The notes: generated from the letters alone by a model not told the origin. Shown: positions 12,033 to 26,502, numbered from the stretch's first letter. The stretch: DNA of 64,000 bases from Antedon mediterranea (GCF_964355755.1 NC_092677.1:24911175-24975174); one strand, 5' to 3'. A program made the numbers and translations.

Positions 12033-12209
12033 CAGTGGCGTATTGGCTATGAGCACTCACTCGCGAAACCCAGGGGCTTATGGGGCCCTAAGCAGGGCCC
12101 TAAGCAGTGCCCAGAGGAATTAAAACATGTCGAAAAAGACTAAAAACGCGTTGGCGGGCCATGTAGGGTTCCTAAACCAGGGGCCTCAGGTGTTAGTGTT
12201 ACGCCACTG
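12033..12209 (+). mobile_element. hAT-like MITE family H1
   Basis: TIR CAGTGGCGTA...TACGCCACTG; degenerate 8-bp TSD CTTCTATA/TTCCTATA; homologous to 61036-61192. Confidence 0.8.
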
Positions 12210-13240
12210 TTCCTATAATACACAGTTCTACAAAAACATGCCCAGTGGTGTTTAAAATCGCATGATGGAAAAGAAAGTTTACACATGTACTGCATACTCT
12301 TTCACACACAAAAAAAAATCTTGCACACAATTAGTTTTTTAAAATACCATTGACTGATTGTGCATGTATGGAATCAGCCTAAGTATTTGTTGCTATGAGA
12401 CAATACATGAATATGAATTATTCATGAGAAGTTGTTTTGACAAATTATTTCATAATGATATCATGTTATGAAATATGATAGTCATAATATTTTAATTTTT
12501 TCCTTATAGTAAGGTTTGAATGATACGCTTCTAATAAACTCTGTGAAAACAAAAAGTAACGATGATTGATGTAATCTAAAATTCTAAATTTTAAAACCTC
12601 TGCTTTTAATTTGATGATCGCGTGTACGTGTTTGGTTAGCGGCTATGAACGCCCTATTGCTATAGTCTATAGCTATCCATCCATCAATTACATATTGTTG
12701 ACTTCCTACTGCAAAATTAACAATACCAAGATTCATTGGTTTTCCAATATATAATTATCTATATTCAGTATGCCTTCGCGTTTTTTCTTTTCCATAATTT
12801 GCAAAATCGTTTCATTGAAATGATTTATTTTGTCAATATTTTCTGTCATTATAATAAACCTTGAGATGACATAATATGAAATTCTTATTTTTAAAACCGG
12901 CGGCTGTCTTATTTAATTAAATTATAAAATTCTAACGAATAAATTAAGATCCTCGATCAATCAATCAACATACATAATAACATACATATACAGTATGTAA
13001 TATCTAATTTATCAACTCTATATTCTTTGCAAAGACTCATTGACAAATTATATTATAGTATGATATAAGTCAAACTTTTACCGTTCTAGAGAAAAACAAT
13101 TATATTTTTTTCATTTATTATTCATTTTAAACCCGGAATCCCCCTTTAAATATTTTGCAACAACATTAGGGAATTATTTCAAAATTATTCTACTACTGCA
13201 GTTACTGCAGGTAAATATATTTTGTTTACTCTTTAGTCTG

Positions 13241-13572
13241 TTTCTTTCTTCTTTATTTTATACCACATTTCTATAGCGCCCTTTTCATAAATAATCCTGC
13301 TCAAAGGCGCTTTACATAGCACATTATTACCCCGGTCATTTTTTGGATCAAACACGTATGAAAACATACTCCCATAATTCAGCTAGTACTCAGCGCAAAG
13401 TTGTGTGTTGATCTAACTGGGTACTTATTTTATACACCTGGGTGGATCGGAGAGAGGCAAATGCAAGTTAAGTGTCTTGCACCTAAAGATACAAGCAATG
13501 CATCTAAAGTTGGATTCGAACCACGATTTCACGATCAGTAATCCAACGTCCAACAAACTTTGCCACACGCCC
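13241..13572 (-). mobile_element. Near full-length tRNA-derived SINE with L2-type tail
   Basis: Minus strand: GGCGTGTGGC head, B box GGTTCGAATCC, central CCACCCAGGTGTATAAAATAAGTACCCAG, tail TGTAAAGCGCCTTTGAG...GGGCGCTATAGAAAT. Confidence 0.75.
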
Positions 13573-14757
13573 TCACTCTTCTTCAATTATTTAGCAAGCT
13601 TTCTTTAGAAAACTATACGCACTGTGTGTTGCAGTAACTTTAATATTGCTAATAACCTCCACATACGTCACTCTTATTTATTTTATTTTCTACAAAAACC
13701 TTGCTTTTCACATTCAAAGGTATGAACATTTCACTTCCATTAATAGGAATCGCTGTACTCATTTTATGAGGATCAACTTTAGTTCCAATCTCAATAAATG
13801 TAACAAAGGTTCGTGTCCATGACATATTGATCCAAATAAAAATAGTACACATTAAAAAAATACTCAATATTGAAAATTTGTATATTTTGTTTTGAGTGAT
13901 TGTCAGCATATACGTGCGATACGATAATTATAGCAATAAAAATTACCCATAGTTCATCAGTCTAATTACCTATGTATTTATACCTTCATATTAGACAGAT
14001 CAATATATATTTTAATTCTTGTACATAACCGCAGATGTAATTCCCGCCCACAAGTTTTGGAGTTGATTGCTTTAATTATGGATCATAACAATCATATTAA
14101 AGTAATCAATGATAGTTTTTTTATACAGGTGTGTCATGAGAAAAAAAATGTAAATTGTGTCAACAAAATAATGATCATAATTATGTGTAATGAACCTAGT
14201 AGAGAATCATACTCATGTTGAACTAATATATACCTACAATTCTATTTTATATTTATTGTATTATAATAGCTTTTTACATTTAAAAACCTTAAGATTTTGA
14301 AGAAAATGTTTTTTTTACCATTTCTCTTTTATTGTATCACTCTCTAAAACCTTAAGTCCTTTTTGCACAAGTAATAACTTTACCTTTTACTATCTACAAA
14401 TATTTTTACCTGCATTGTCTTCCTTTTTCTTATAGTTCATATATCTGTTCCTTTTGTTCAATGTGTGGAAAATAAATAAATGAAACAACAACAAACAAAC
14501 AAGAAACCTTAACTAATGATTAAATAATGATCTCTTTATCTTGTTTTTGATTTAATATACATATGTATTTTATTTATTTTACTTAATATCAGTTCTTGTG
14601 TAATCAAAAACTGCACAGTTTACCCTCTCTAGAGGTTGATAAAACAAAGTAAAATACATCTACTGTATGCCAACCCTTTCCCCATTTTGAAAAGCTTCAT
14701 TGTCATTGTTCTCTCATCTATTTATTTGATCAAACATATTGCATGCTATATGGATTA

Positions 14758-14886
14758 AGCTCTGTGTGATATGCCCGAATATGGTAGTGACATGCTTAAA
14801 TAAGGTAGTGAGATGACATCACTATGTCCATATATGGGCACATCACATTTTTTTGTCACATAAAGTTTGATAGTGTAGACAGAGCT
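14758..14886 (+). mobile_element. MITE family A (internal deletion)
   Basis: AGCTCTGT...GTTTGATAGTGTAGACAGAGCT with family internal sequence. Confidence 0.85.
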
Positions 14887-15706
14887 TCAGAATATACTAA
14901 TTAATCTATTCAGCAGTAAGAGTAACATTATTTGTGTCACAGAAGTATATTCCTGCTAGGTTGTCAAGAATAGTGACAGCGTGGCTTATGAGGAGGTGTA
15001 AAATAAGCCAGGAACTTAGCGCTGTTTTATTTATAGTATATTTTCTTCAAAGTTTGGTGTCATTAGCCTTCTAAGTGTTGACAAGAGCTTTCAACTTTGT
15101 CAGTTGATGTTTTGATCATTAGCAAATTAGAAATTAAGTTGGAGGCTGAGTCGATTTTTAACGCACTTGATATTTGAAAATGAGTAAATGATAAAATTCT
15201 TATTCCAGTCTTCTATGATTTTTTTAGAAGACACTTAATTTAAAAATCAATTCTGAAGATATTCTTGTCTGCTTTGAACTATTTGTTAAATTAGAAAATC
15301 CTATTATAATTTAAAATATGATATAAGCTATTGTACTTTCTGTATTGATTTTAGACTTTAAACAAAATTGTAGACCTATTAGGTTTTTTTTTTACAAAAG
15401 AAAGGTTTATCATTTTTAGTACTTTCCTACATTTTCAGAAAGCAGTTAACACAATTATTCGCCCTAAAAACTTGTTTACCTTGTTTAAACCTAGAATGGA
15501 GGTTGAAATGTAGTTTTTATAAAAAGAATGCTAACAAAAATGTTGGAATAAAGGTTAAAGATTTAAAAATAAATGTTTAAAAAAATTAAATATTAAAAAA
15601 AGATTTTGAAAAAGTACTAAATTGTAATTGTTTATGCATAATAGCAATACTTTTAAATGACCTATATATAAATGTTAAACGCTAAACCATGAATATGTAC
15701 ATGCGC

Positions 15707-15742
15707 GACGTTTCGACTTGTTTCCAACAAGTTTTCATCTGG
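15707..15742 (-). other. Degenerate minimal hammerhead motif (Penelope-like remnant)
   Basis: Minus strand CaGATGA-A-AACTTGTT-gga-AACAAGTC-GAAACGTC; stem II largely intact, one core mismatch (U4A). Confidence 0.5.
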
Positions 15743-16218
15743 TAATGACTAGATGTTAGTGGTTGCCAGGAGTACTTTAGCAGGCTGTAGAACAGCAAAA
15801 TGATGATGCAAAATTATACCATGTTTCAACATATGTACTAGATAACGTTGTTAGATTTTGTGTATTATTCTCATGGTTTGTTCACAATGTCAACGACTCA
15901 AATCATCTCCTTATTTTTATTTTAACTTAATCTTAGTTGATGACTAGCCAGATTGTGAGATTATCTAAAACACAGGCATTTTCAATATGATATTAAATTG
16001 TCAGGCCATAAATTGATGTAAATACCGCGCTGGCTTAGATAGCGCTTGCGGTACAATTAAAACAAAGAAAATCCAGTTCATTTCAGGAATTGTTTTTAAA
16101 ACAAGTGGATTTGTAAAAGTAGATAGGGTAACATTGAACATTGCTAGATACAGTTCAATATATTGTATAAATGTGTTGTTGTTTGAAGGTTTGCATGGCG
16201 AATATATATATACATGTG

Positions 16219-16450
16219 TTGTTATTATTATTATTATTATTATATCAATATTCATAAAGCGTCAATTCAAAGACTGAGGTACAAAATCAAAGGCGCTGGG
16301 TATGTTAGTGGTCGAAAAAATGAGTTTTGAGCAATTTTTTTAAATAAGGCAACAGAAGAGCAGTGTTTAATTTGTGGGGGGAGTGAATTCCAGAGTGTGG
16401 GTGCTGCAAAAGAAAACGATCTATGACCAAAGGTGGATTTATTATGCAGA
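16219..16450 (-). mobile_element. L2-clade LINE 3' fragment
   Basis: Minus strand encodes GHRSFSFAAPTLWNSLPPQIK (L2 ORF2 C-terminus), then an AGCGCCTTTGA...GACGCTTTATGAAT tail and (AAT)n. Confidence 0.8.
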
Positions 16451-17429
16451 ATACATAGAGTATGAGTTTTCTTTTTTAATATAATTAATTCTGAACAAAT
16501 GTTGTGATTTAATTATTATGTATTAGCCTACTGTATTAGAGTATTCCTTCTTTACAAGCATTACATTTGAGGAATTTCTCCTTTTCTTTCATTAATTGTT
16601 TCATTTTGTTTGTACATTTTTGTACAATCTATCTATTTATTATCAAAGAAATAAAGTAAGTTGACATTTTCAATAATAAATAATAATAATGCAGTATTTA
16701 AAACAATATTTCTCTCGCCTCTTCTTCATAAATAAAATAGATATCATTGTACAATATTTAGTCATATCATAAGAAAATCCACAGAAGTCTAATGACATAG
16801 GATTCCAAGTATCGGTTGGGCAACTTTTTTTTCACAATTTCAAACTTTCTCATATGTATAGTTTTATAATATGCATTCTGTGCAGCTTAGTGATTGTCTC
16901 TGTTAATGAATACATTTATAATGTGTGCCTTGCTTAATATAGTATAACAAGAAGAAATATTGTAAACTGCCATGAAAAACTACTGATTACCCGCAAATAC
17001 ATTATTTGATACACGTCACTACTAATTTAAATATTTCGTTTAAATTTTTCGATATCAGAATTAAATGATTTTTTTGTGCTATGATTTATGAGCTTATTTT
17101 CAATTGAAATATTTCAACATAATGTTAAAATTAATTGTGAATATATTGATATAATTGATTAGAACAGAATTTGCCTTACATTACATCTGACATTAATTGA
17201 ATAAATAGTGAAAAAACTCATCATCAACATTCGAAGGGAGTAGCGTATGATTGATCTTCTCCAAAATCTATCGTAATGTTGAAACGTTTGAAGAATAATA
17301 AGCAAAGTGCTGCATGTTCGTTTAAGTGAATATCTAATTTATTTATTTTATGTTTTTCGTATTGATTTCTACCCTATAACATTTGTACCTCACCCACCTA
17401 TCTCTTCTTAACGTATTGACTTTAACTCC

Positions 17430-17875
17430 CACCCACCATCACTATGTCATTATCATCACTATGTCATTATCATCATAATTATCACTATCATAATCATCAA
17501 AACAATCTTTGTCACTCTCACCAGCTGTAGAGGCAGAGGATCATCATTTCTTCATTTATTAATTTTTTTTTTTTCATATGCATCCAACAGCATTACAAAA
17601 TGGAAAAACCATTATCACCATCATAAATCACCATCATCATCATCATCATCATTACCATCATCATCATCATCATTACTATCATCTCCATCATCATCATTAC
17701 CATCATCATCATCATCATCATCTCCATCATCATCATAATCTCCATCAGCATCATCATTACCATCATCATCATCATTACCATCATCTCCAACATTATCATC
17801 ATCTTCATCATCATCTCCATCATCATCATCACTATCATCATCTTTACCATCTACAGTATCATCATTATTATTACT
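17430..17875. repeat. Degenerate (CAT)n/(ATG)n microsatellite
   Basis: Long CAT array with CTC/TAC/CAC interruptions, densest at 17625-17875. Confidence 0.95.
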
Positions 17876-19146
17876 CCTTTCCTGTTTTGAGAATCTGTGC
17901 TATATTAATTTACTAACAGATTTACATCAAAACAAATATAATTTCATTTTCAATCAAGCTTAATTTCATTACCTATTCATACTAGTTGATTAAGTTTTCT
18001 CAATTATATTTTTTGTCATCCTAGTCATAACAACAAAATCTAGTACATATACGTCTAGCGATATTTATGAAAACCATACTGAAAAAAAGTACAGCCGGCC
18101 ACGAGACAGATATATCGTAATTTAATGGCATAATACTTTACATTATCTCCCATCTTAAGTTAATTACGACATTTACAAAACATATTTACTCAATTCTTAT
18201 GGTACGTATGCGATTGATGATTGATAGCATATTGTAAACACATGTAAAATTATAATAGACTATTATACATCATACTATTTATGTCTTATACTTGTTATTT
18301 AAATTAGAGTGAAGGATGAGCCCAACAAAACATGTACCTTGAGGTAATAACCATCATCTAGTAATTGTTTCTGATGGATGTTGTTTTAATTCCGCTGTTG
18401 TTTTAGAAATCATGACGTAGAGTTCTACGAATTGTATTAACTTTACTCGTATGTAAGCATAGCTATAAAATGTCAGTCCTATTAAAGCCTACGTCTAAAA
18501 ATAACAGAAATCCTTGATAAACTTATTTTTAAAACGCTTTCATTTTAGATTTATACCTGTACTACTGTATTGTATTGAAAGGATATATTGTATTGTGATG
18601 TCTTGTGCTTTTGTGCATATCATACTACTACAATTTTTTGGATAATTAAAACTTATTTTTAAGTTTAATTTGTTGTTTATATAAATTAATATGGCTTAAA
18701 CTTACATTTTTAAATTGTTTTCTGCACTTGATTAAATGTTGTTGATTAAATATACATTAGTAATTCTCTTGACTGGATTGGCCCAACATTGCAGACTGTC
18801 TCTGACAGGTTCAATATTCACTGTCTCTGATTGGTCCAATATTCACTGTCTCTGATTGGTCCAATACTTTAATACTTCCTCATTGGTTGGTTTTAAGTAT
18901 TTCCTGAACATGTTTATTTATACTGTGGATACTTTTGGAAGTAGAGTAAACCGAATACAAGATTATTAAAAATATTAATAATAATTGGTATCAGCTCAAA
19001 CCACCATAGTATACAATATACTACTACAGTATTAAAATTATATTACTTATATTTCATATTAAACTATACAATATATACCTAATACCTAATACCTAAGCTC
19101 GCCTAAGCCTACAAATGTTTTCCCCTACCACACTTGTACGCATTAA

Positions 19147-19491
19147 AGATGTATTGTCCCCCTGAAAAAATATTTTTTTTAAATTTTGTTGTTGAATATG
19201 CCATTTTAATGTCACATAATAATTATCCACTTTGACCAAAAATTAGATGATAAAAAAATGTATTTTCCTGAAAAAAACTGTAATTTAAAGCAAAAAATGG
19301 TCAAATTGGCTGCCAGCCAATGGTTTTTGGTGAAATTTAACTATTTATTTGTCATTTTATAAGTGAAAATATTTTTTGTTTTCATTTTGTTTCTACGGAA
19401 GTGATTAACTTTATTAAAACTAGAAAATAACATATTCAAAGTCTGATTTAATTAATCTTCATTTTTCATGTTTTTGGGGGACAATACATCT
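19147..19491 (+). mobile_element. Kolobok-like non-autonomous element (345 bp)
   Basis: TTAA|AGATGTATTGTCCCCC...GGGGGACAATACATCT|TTAA: perfect 16-bp TIR, TTAA TSD and 5'-AG end (RR, Kolobok-like rather than piggyBac). Confidence 0.85.
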
Positions 19492-20925
19492 TTAATGTTT
19501 GTACGTCAATGAAAAACTACTCATCAGACACAGTACATTTCACTCATTGAGATACCTTTCTAAAGATCATTAAGTTCCTTGCTTGGCAGATGTTTTTTTA
19601 AACAGAAAAACAACATTAAAACCATGCGGACATCTAGATGTTATTAAAATGTTTTACGAAAGCTCAGCAAGTAATCAAGGATGTAAACCTCAAGTCAATG
19701 TTTTATCAGAAATGAAAATGATAATGATGATGAGTAAAGGATCTCATATTCTTCTTATTAACTTTTGAGAAGTAATCAGTATTTTACTTAAGTTCAATCA
19801 ACTAGTGATAATCGTTAAAGAAAACATGATGTCCTTATGTACTGCTGACACAGAAAGGGAAAGAAAGTCAAGGGAAAAAAATGTATCAGTTATTTAGTAA
19901 TTGGCTCCTAATGAAAATACTAGAAACGTTGATAATTATTTCTGTACATTTGTTGTAATGTATAATGTACGAATGATACAATATTATCTAAAAATAAAAA
20001 TTATGTACTGTGACAACAAACAAATTTGTAATTAATGTGGTTTTAATTATTATACATACAAAGTTAGAGAAGCAAATATGTGTAGGCTAGGCCGAAAGGA
20101 CTGCAACTATCTTTGGTAATACATACACTTTACATACAAGCTAAGTTAGGCCTACAGATAAGCAAATGCAAGAGATTTCAACACTAAATGGTCGGGGTAG
20201 GCTAGGACGAGGGAACTCCTAACTACTTTTGTTTATAGTATTTGTCTTGTTAGGTATATTACGGCTTTCTATCTTGTGTATCCTAATAATAGGTACACTC
20301 AACGAATATTACAGCAGACAAATAAAGCTCAATTTAAATCCTCCACTTTTCATAATGACGGAACATAATTGTCAGTATACACAATTTAAAAATAACAAAA
20401 GGATTGTAAAAAGCTTTACGATTATTGGCTCACTCAGAGCGGATTTTTCTATCAAGTAGAGATGGAATTATCAATATCTAGAAATCTCTAATCATAACAA
20501 GCAAAATGTCAATTTGGATTTATTCAATTGACAATTTCTGTTTTTGTGTACAAGTATAATTTCTCAATACTGACGTCTTCAATTCTCTTGGTAAATTGCT
20601 TAAGCTTAGAAATGGATACTTAGAAATTTGTTTACCACTCATGTTAATTTGATAAAGGAGAGCTTTAAGTTAAAATGACATCGTCGTCAACAAAATAGTA
20701 ATGGTTTTGGAGGAGGTAATGTGTCTCCTAAAACAGTTATTGAAGTGTGTGGATCAGTTTTAAAAGGTTTATTGCTCCCAACATTGTCTGTTGTGCAAAC
20801 ATGAATGGTTGTGCAAACATGAATGATTGTTATGCTTTTATTTGCATACACGCCAATATTCACAATTACATTGGTAGGAACAGAAATAGAACAAATCGGT
20901 GGCTTACCACCTCTACTTTCTCCTA

Positions 20926-21175
20926 CAGTATAATATATCTTTTGGGACTGCCCTATTCAAGGAACACCCCTATTCAGGGATACTGTACTTCTATTAAGGG
21001 GACACCTCTATTCATGGAACACCCCTATTAAGAGGACATCTGTATTCAGCAACACACTTCTTCAGAAAATACTTTCCCATGAAATAAACGAAGATCAATT
21101 TACATTTTAACACTTGGCTAACACCTATTCAGGGTAACATCAATTTGTTTGGGTCCCTTAATAGGGGTTCTACAG
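20926..21175 (+). mobile_element. pogo/Tigger-like MITE (family P)
   Basis: TA|CAGTA... start, reiterated GGGGACACCCCTATT subunits, end TTAATAGGGGTTCTACAG; relatives at ~28170-28511, 44272-44375 and 53105-53140. Confidence 0.6.
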
Positions 21176-23061
21176 AATGTATGTATTCTGATAATATTAC
21201 CAAATTAGTGTTGAAGGGTTTTCACTTTTTGTCCCAATTTTTTAAGTTTAATATGGTTTTACCAGGCAATTTATGTTTGTTCTCTTTTTTGTCTCCCGGC
21301 ATATTATAAAAATTGCATGATTATTTTTCCTCTTGAACTGATGGCCGTATAAATCAAACACCTTCACGTTACATTCCAACATTTTAATTATCATCTCAAT
21401 ATTTGTAATGGTTTTTTACACAGAGAGAATAATTGTTTTTTTATTTTAGCCCTGCTTTATCGTGCATAGCCGGTGATTAATGCTGGCGATGACAACCACC
21501 GCTACTAAAGGTATTTGCTTGCTCTATCATTTTCATTGTTATGTTCTCCCGCTTGTCAGCGCTTTAGTCATTAGTGGCCAAGAAAATGATGGATGTAAGC
21601 GTGCACGGTCATCTTTATTCTCATCCTACCTCTCGTATATCTCATTAATAAGCCTGTTGGTTTTTCTGTCACGTAACTACTCATTATCTACTTATCCAAG
21701 TTCCCTTGTGCATGAACTTCAAAATAAACTTACTGTAATGTCCTTTGCTAAGTCTATCGCACTATAATTTTTAGTGTCATTGTGTTCTTGTTTGAAATGG
21801 TTATTGTTATGATCGTCATAAAAACAAATAAATCAAAATATTAAAAAAAAACGGTTACTGTATGTAACCGGACATTACACTAAGAAATAAAACTTCTATA
21901 AAAAAAAAAAACAATGCACAAAACAACACATCATCTAACACCACCGCAAAAAATAGATATATTTCATGTTTTAAACTAATTTGATAATTATCAAAATGAT
22001 GACATAATCATTGTTGAAATATCATGGATATTAATTCTAACAAAATTCTTTTCTTAAAATATGCATTTCCTATTTGAAACTAATGAACCCTTTTTGAAAC
22101 TTAACAAATTAATGAATCTTAAGTCAATAAGAATGGACTAATGCCAAATATTGAATCCCAACAAATTGAAATATATTTTGTGAAATACAACACATAGTAT
22201 TATCTTATTTGACAGTGATTAGTAGATAATTATGAATGATTATATTTAGTGTAGTTAGTTTCTTTAAAATTAATTTCCTTGAAAGCATATTATGCCATGT
22301 ACTGGTACCTGTGCATGTACTATATATAGTACATGTGAATGGCAAAAATGTTGTTTCTAGAAATCTAGTCATGTAATTAAACTAAACAGAAGGTAAACAT
22401 CTTAATTAAGGAATATAGTGAAAGCACTTACCAAATATATTGAGCAGATACTTAGAGTAATTAACAAAGACTAAACATCATGATCCTGCAGACACACTGT
22501 CCCATTGTATGCACATCAAACTAACCTACTAACTAACTACAAGTCAGGAAGCATGCAAAGATCTAATTTGTATATAATCTGCATACAACAGTAGGGCATG
22601 TGCTAGTATGAAGGTTCCAGTCCAGTGATTCTTAACTATATGAGACTTGGCAATGTTTTTAAAAAAAAAATAAATTGCTTGGCCAACAGGACTGTAATAT
22701 TGAACAAATAAAAATGATTATACATTTCAAAATTGACCACAATCTATATGTGTGTACCAAATTATACAACACTCTAGGTTTCTCCATAACTTGTTTTGAA
22801 TTAAGTTGAATTTTAATATATCATTAATGAGCCACTGACTAACCAGGGAGTTAGTTGAGACATCTGTTAGGCACCTGATTACAATTTGTTATAATGAAAT
22901 ACATTAATTGTTTAATTCATATTTTAAAATATTAATAATATACAGGTTATGTATCGTTGCACTTAATAGTTTATTGTGCTAAGAAACACAAGGTACTTAA
23001 TATTCATTATTCATAAAGAGGGAATGCATATAAATATATTATATAGATTCAATTGATTTTT

Positions 23062-23352
23062 TCCTACATAGAAATAATTACTTAAAAGTGGGAGTGGCTT
23101 ATTTCCCAGGGTGAGCTTTAAACCTACTGTATGTGCATTATTCTACATAGATAATTACTCAAAATTGGGAGTGTCTTATTTCTCAGGGTGAGCTTTAAAC
23201 CTACTGTATGTGCATTATTCTACATAGATAATTACTTAAAAGTGGGAGTGGCTTATTTCCCAGGGTGAGCTTTAAACCTGTGTGCATAATTCTACATAAA
23301 TAATTACTCAAAATTGGGAGTGGCTTTTTTTTTCCAGGGTGAGATTTAAACA
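23062..23352. repeat. ~77-bp minisatellite, ~3.7 copies
   Basis: CTACATAGATAATTACT...GGGAGTGGCTTATTTCCCAGGGTGAGCTTTAAACC recurs at ~23064, 23143, 23220 and 23292. Confidence 0.92.
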
Positions 23353-24494
23353 TATGGGCATCATTTTCCATAACAAGTGGAGAGTGGCAATTACTGTAAG
23401 TCTTACCTAAAGCTAGCAGACAGTGGACCTCCTTACATATTCTTTAGGATGTAATGGTGCTAAATTATGCAATAATTTAACAACATAAAAGTTGCCATAT
23501 AGATTCTCACATATTTCATGTATCATTTAATGTCATTCACCTAATGTTATTGGTGCACGTAACATTTGTAGGTGTTTTTGTAAAATGCGCTGAAACACAT
23601 TTTATACAACATTATATTTCCTCTGTTAGCTTTCTCTTTCCTCTCTGTAAAATGTAATTTATTTGTTTTTTCTCTTTATATTTTGAAAATTTGTTTTATT
23701 TTTGCTTTGTTTATTTATATTTTGGTTTATTTATTCTTAATTTATACTAGGTGACCTCTTGAGTCAGTTATTTGACCAATAAAATGAATAAGACAACATA
23801 CAAAACAACAGAGAGATGAAAAATGATGGGCAGGGGCAGCGTAGGCAAAATACATCGCTGTAACTCAAATGCGCCAGCAGCCAACCCTTAATTAATACAT
23901 TTTTTTAAAAATGGAGGAATGGAATTAATCACTCACACATCTTTTTTCTCAATCAAAAGGAAGATTTCAAATCAAGGTACAGTACAGTATCTGTGATATA
24001 AATAAAATGAATCTGATTGGAAATGACAACGCCATAAATATTATGGTAATTCAAAATGAGTATAACACTTTGGTATTATTGAAACAATTTAGCACGGCAA
24101 AATTGATCGATTATTATCAACAAAAAGTACAGCACAGTCTTCAGGCACCATAACGGCACATTGATTAAAGTGCTTGGTCCATCGCCGTCATTGCTATATT
24201 ATAAAAACCTTTCTTGCAATGCAATTTGGGAATGAATTATCTAATTATACAAAGTTGTTAGCTAGTGATATCATTTGCATAAGACACTTTTGGGATTAAG
24301 TCTCCTCAGATGTTTAAAAAACTTAATTTTGTAAACAACACATTAATGATATTTTTTCCCAGGTCAGCTAAAAATGTCTATCTAGGTCAGTTTAGGGTGA
24401 GTCATTCAGTCTTGATACGGATTAAAAAATAATACTACTATATAAAATGAATGATTAGTATTAGAATACTGTCAAATATGTAAAATGTGACTTA

Positions 24495-24644
24495 GGCTCT
24501 GTCTAAACTATCCAAAAATAGGTGTGAGTATAAAATATGGTAGTGATATATGCCCAAATATGGTAGTGATATGACATCATCATGTCCATATATGGGCACA
24601 TCACATTTTTTTTTCACATCAATTTTGATAGTGTAAACAGAGCT
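24495..24644 (+). mobile_element. MITE family A
   Basis: TTA|GGCTCTGTCTAAACTATC...GATAGTGTAAACAGAGCT|TAA (TWA-type flanks). Confidence 0.85.
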
Positions 24645-26419
24645 TAAGTCATTATTATGGCAAAGCCCTGTAACCCTGTTTGTTTGGTTGTGAGTCAAAA
24701 CCGACAGGGTTAAACTTATTACTTCTGATGACATCATAGTTGTGACAGCGCTAGGTATAAGTGATGTGTCTGAGTAGAGAGATTAGAGACACAAAATAGA
24801 AAAGAAAGAAAAAAAACATAAAACAATGGAGGATTCAAATTGCAAAAATTGTAATGCAAAAGATAGGACATCAAATTAAGTTCAGCACTTGATTTTACTA
24901 CTTTTAGGCCCTGGATCCGCCACTGTAAAATCGTATAGATCAATTTCAATTTAAAAAGTAGGCCTACAGTATGTCAAGCCTTTTTGAATAACAAAATTTT
25001 CCGTACAGTACTTAAACCAAATGCAATTTGGGTTTTGTCGCTAATGTTCAGTCTTTCTCATAATTTAGTTAATAATTTTTGTAATATTTGTAAGTCCTAT
25101 TTCCCTAGGCTTTCTCTACTAATATTACATTTTTTTAGCGAAAAGAAACTAATACTCTAAGTCTAATTGCTACTAGCAATTACCCATATGAATATGTATG
25201 AATTATTTTAATATATATTTATTGACTTCACTTAAAAACAAGCGAAATGATACAGGGTTCTGACTTTGACATATTCTGGTTATTAGAATTAAATTAATGC
25301 TTGAATAAATATTAAATTACGGTAATAGTAAAAATAAGTGACGATTTGTTAAATATGAGAAAACAGTATTATATACTGTGGATAGTAAATCTAATATTGA
25401 TAAAATTGAAAAAAAAATAAAACATTATTAAGATTATCTTATTTTTCCCTGCCAAACAAAAGGTTTGTAGTAAGGTTTTTTACACATCAATACTGAAATT
25501 AATCGTTTATTTCTTTGAATCTAATTCGCTATAATGTTCATTATCCACCTTGAAATAAAGCAGTTCTTGTTATTTAACCGGAGCCAGAATCGAACCAATG
25601 TCATAGAATTGTAAGGCAACATCATTTACTATTATAAACTACACTGCCACAACATTCTAAGGTAGGCCTATAAACATTTCTTCTCTCTGCCAACCACGAA
25701 ATCTAGTATATGACCAAGCAAGCTGCTGCAATAAAAGAATTCCAAGTTTTTTGTTATGCATCGCAACCTTGTTTCTTTATATTTCAAGATCTTCCTGCTA
25801 AATCTTGAGCAATGGGAAAATGAGTTAGATGTTTGTTTGGTTAAATTTAGTACACCCACCTACTTTCCTTAAATCAGCAGATTTTATTGCATAATTTGAT
25901 TGATAAGTGACATAAAATTTTAAGTAAAATGTTTGTAAAGCCTGTGTGGTCCATCACCTGTGTTATTATCATGAATCATTCCACAAGTGGTGGAGGAGTT
26001 TATTGAATGCCAATAATACTGTTGATGTTTAGTGTAAACTAGCACAGATCCTGAAAGGGGATGATCTCCTCCCCCCACAATTTTCGACAGATAGATTTGC
26101 ACCCAGAAACCCTTAATGCATCATTTTAATTTTTAAACACTGAAATAAATTTGTTTTTCGATATTATTTATTGGTTATCTGCAAAGTATTGCGGATAACA
26201 CTTGTGGTTGTCAGGATCTTTTTTTTTCTTCATCTTCTTTGTTATTCTTCTTTTCACGATTTTTGTGGACAGTGTATCTCTAAAACGTGGAAATAAAACA
26301 TTTTGTAACTATACCAGAATTTAAACCTTTATCTGAAGATGTCGTAATAATTTGTTTCATTAAAGCCAGAGTTGTACAGCATAACGTACGCATAATTTTG
26401 ACCACTTCTTCACAGAGGT

Positions 26420-26502
26420 CTTTGACAACCCAGTGGCTTGAACAAAGATTTTCCCTTTTCTTGCTAAAACCGGACCACTTTATTTCTCGTGGCTCATCAC
26501 TG
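26420..26502 (+). mobile_element. hAT-like MITE family H2, 3' half
   Basis: Homologous to 60180-60265 and to the reverse of 9598-9670; ends CATCACTG. Confidence 0.65.

Noticed and set aside
17578-17916. His-rich (+) and Met-rich (-) ORFs
   Set aside because: Both are translations of a (CAT)n microsatellite, with no signal peptide or gene context.
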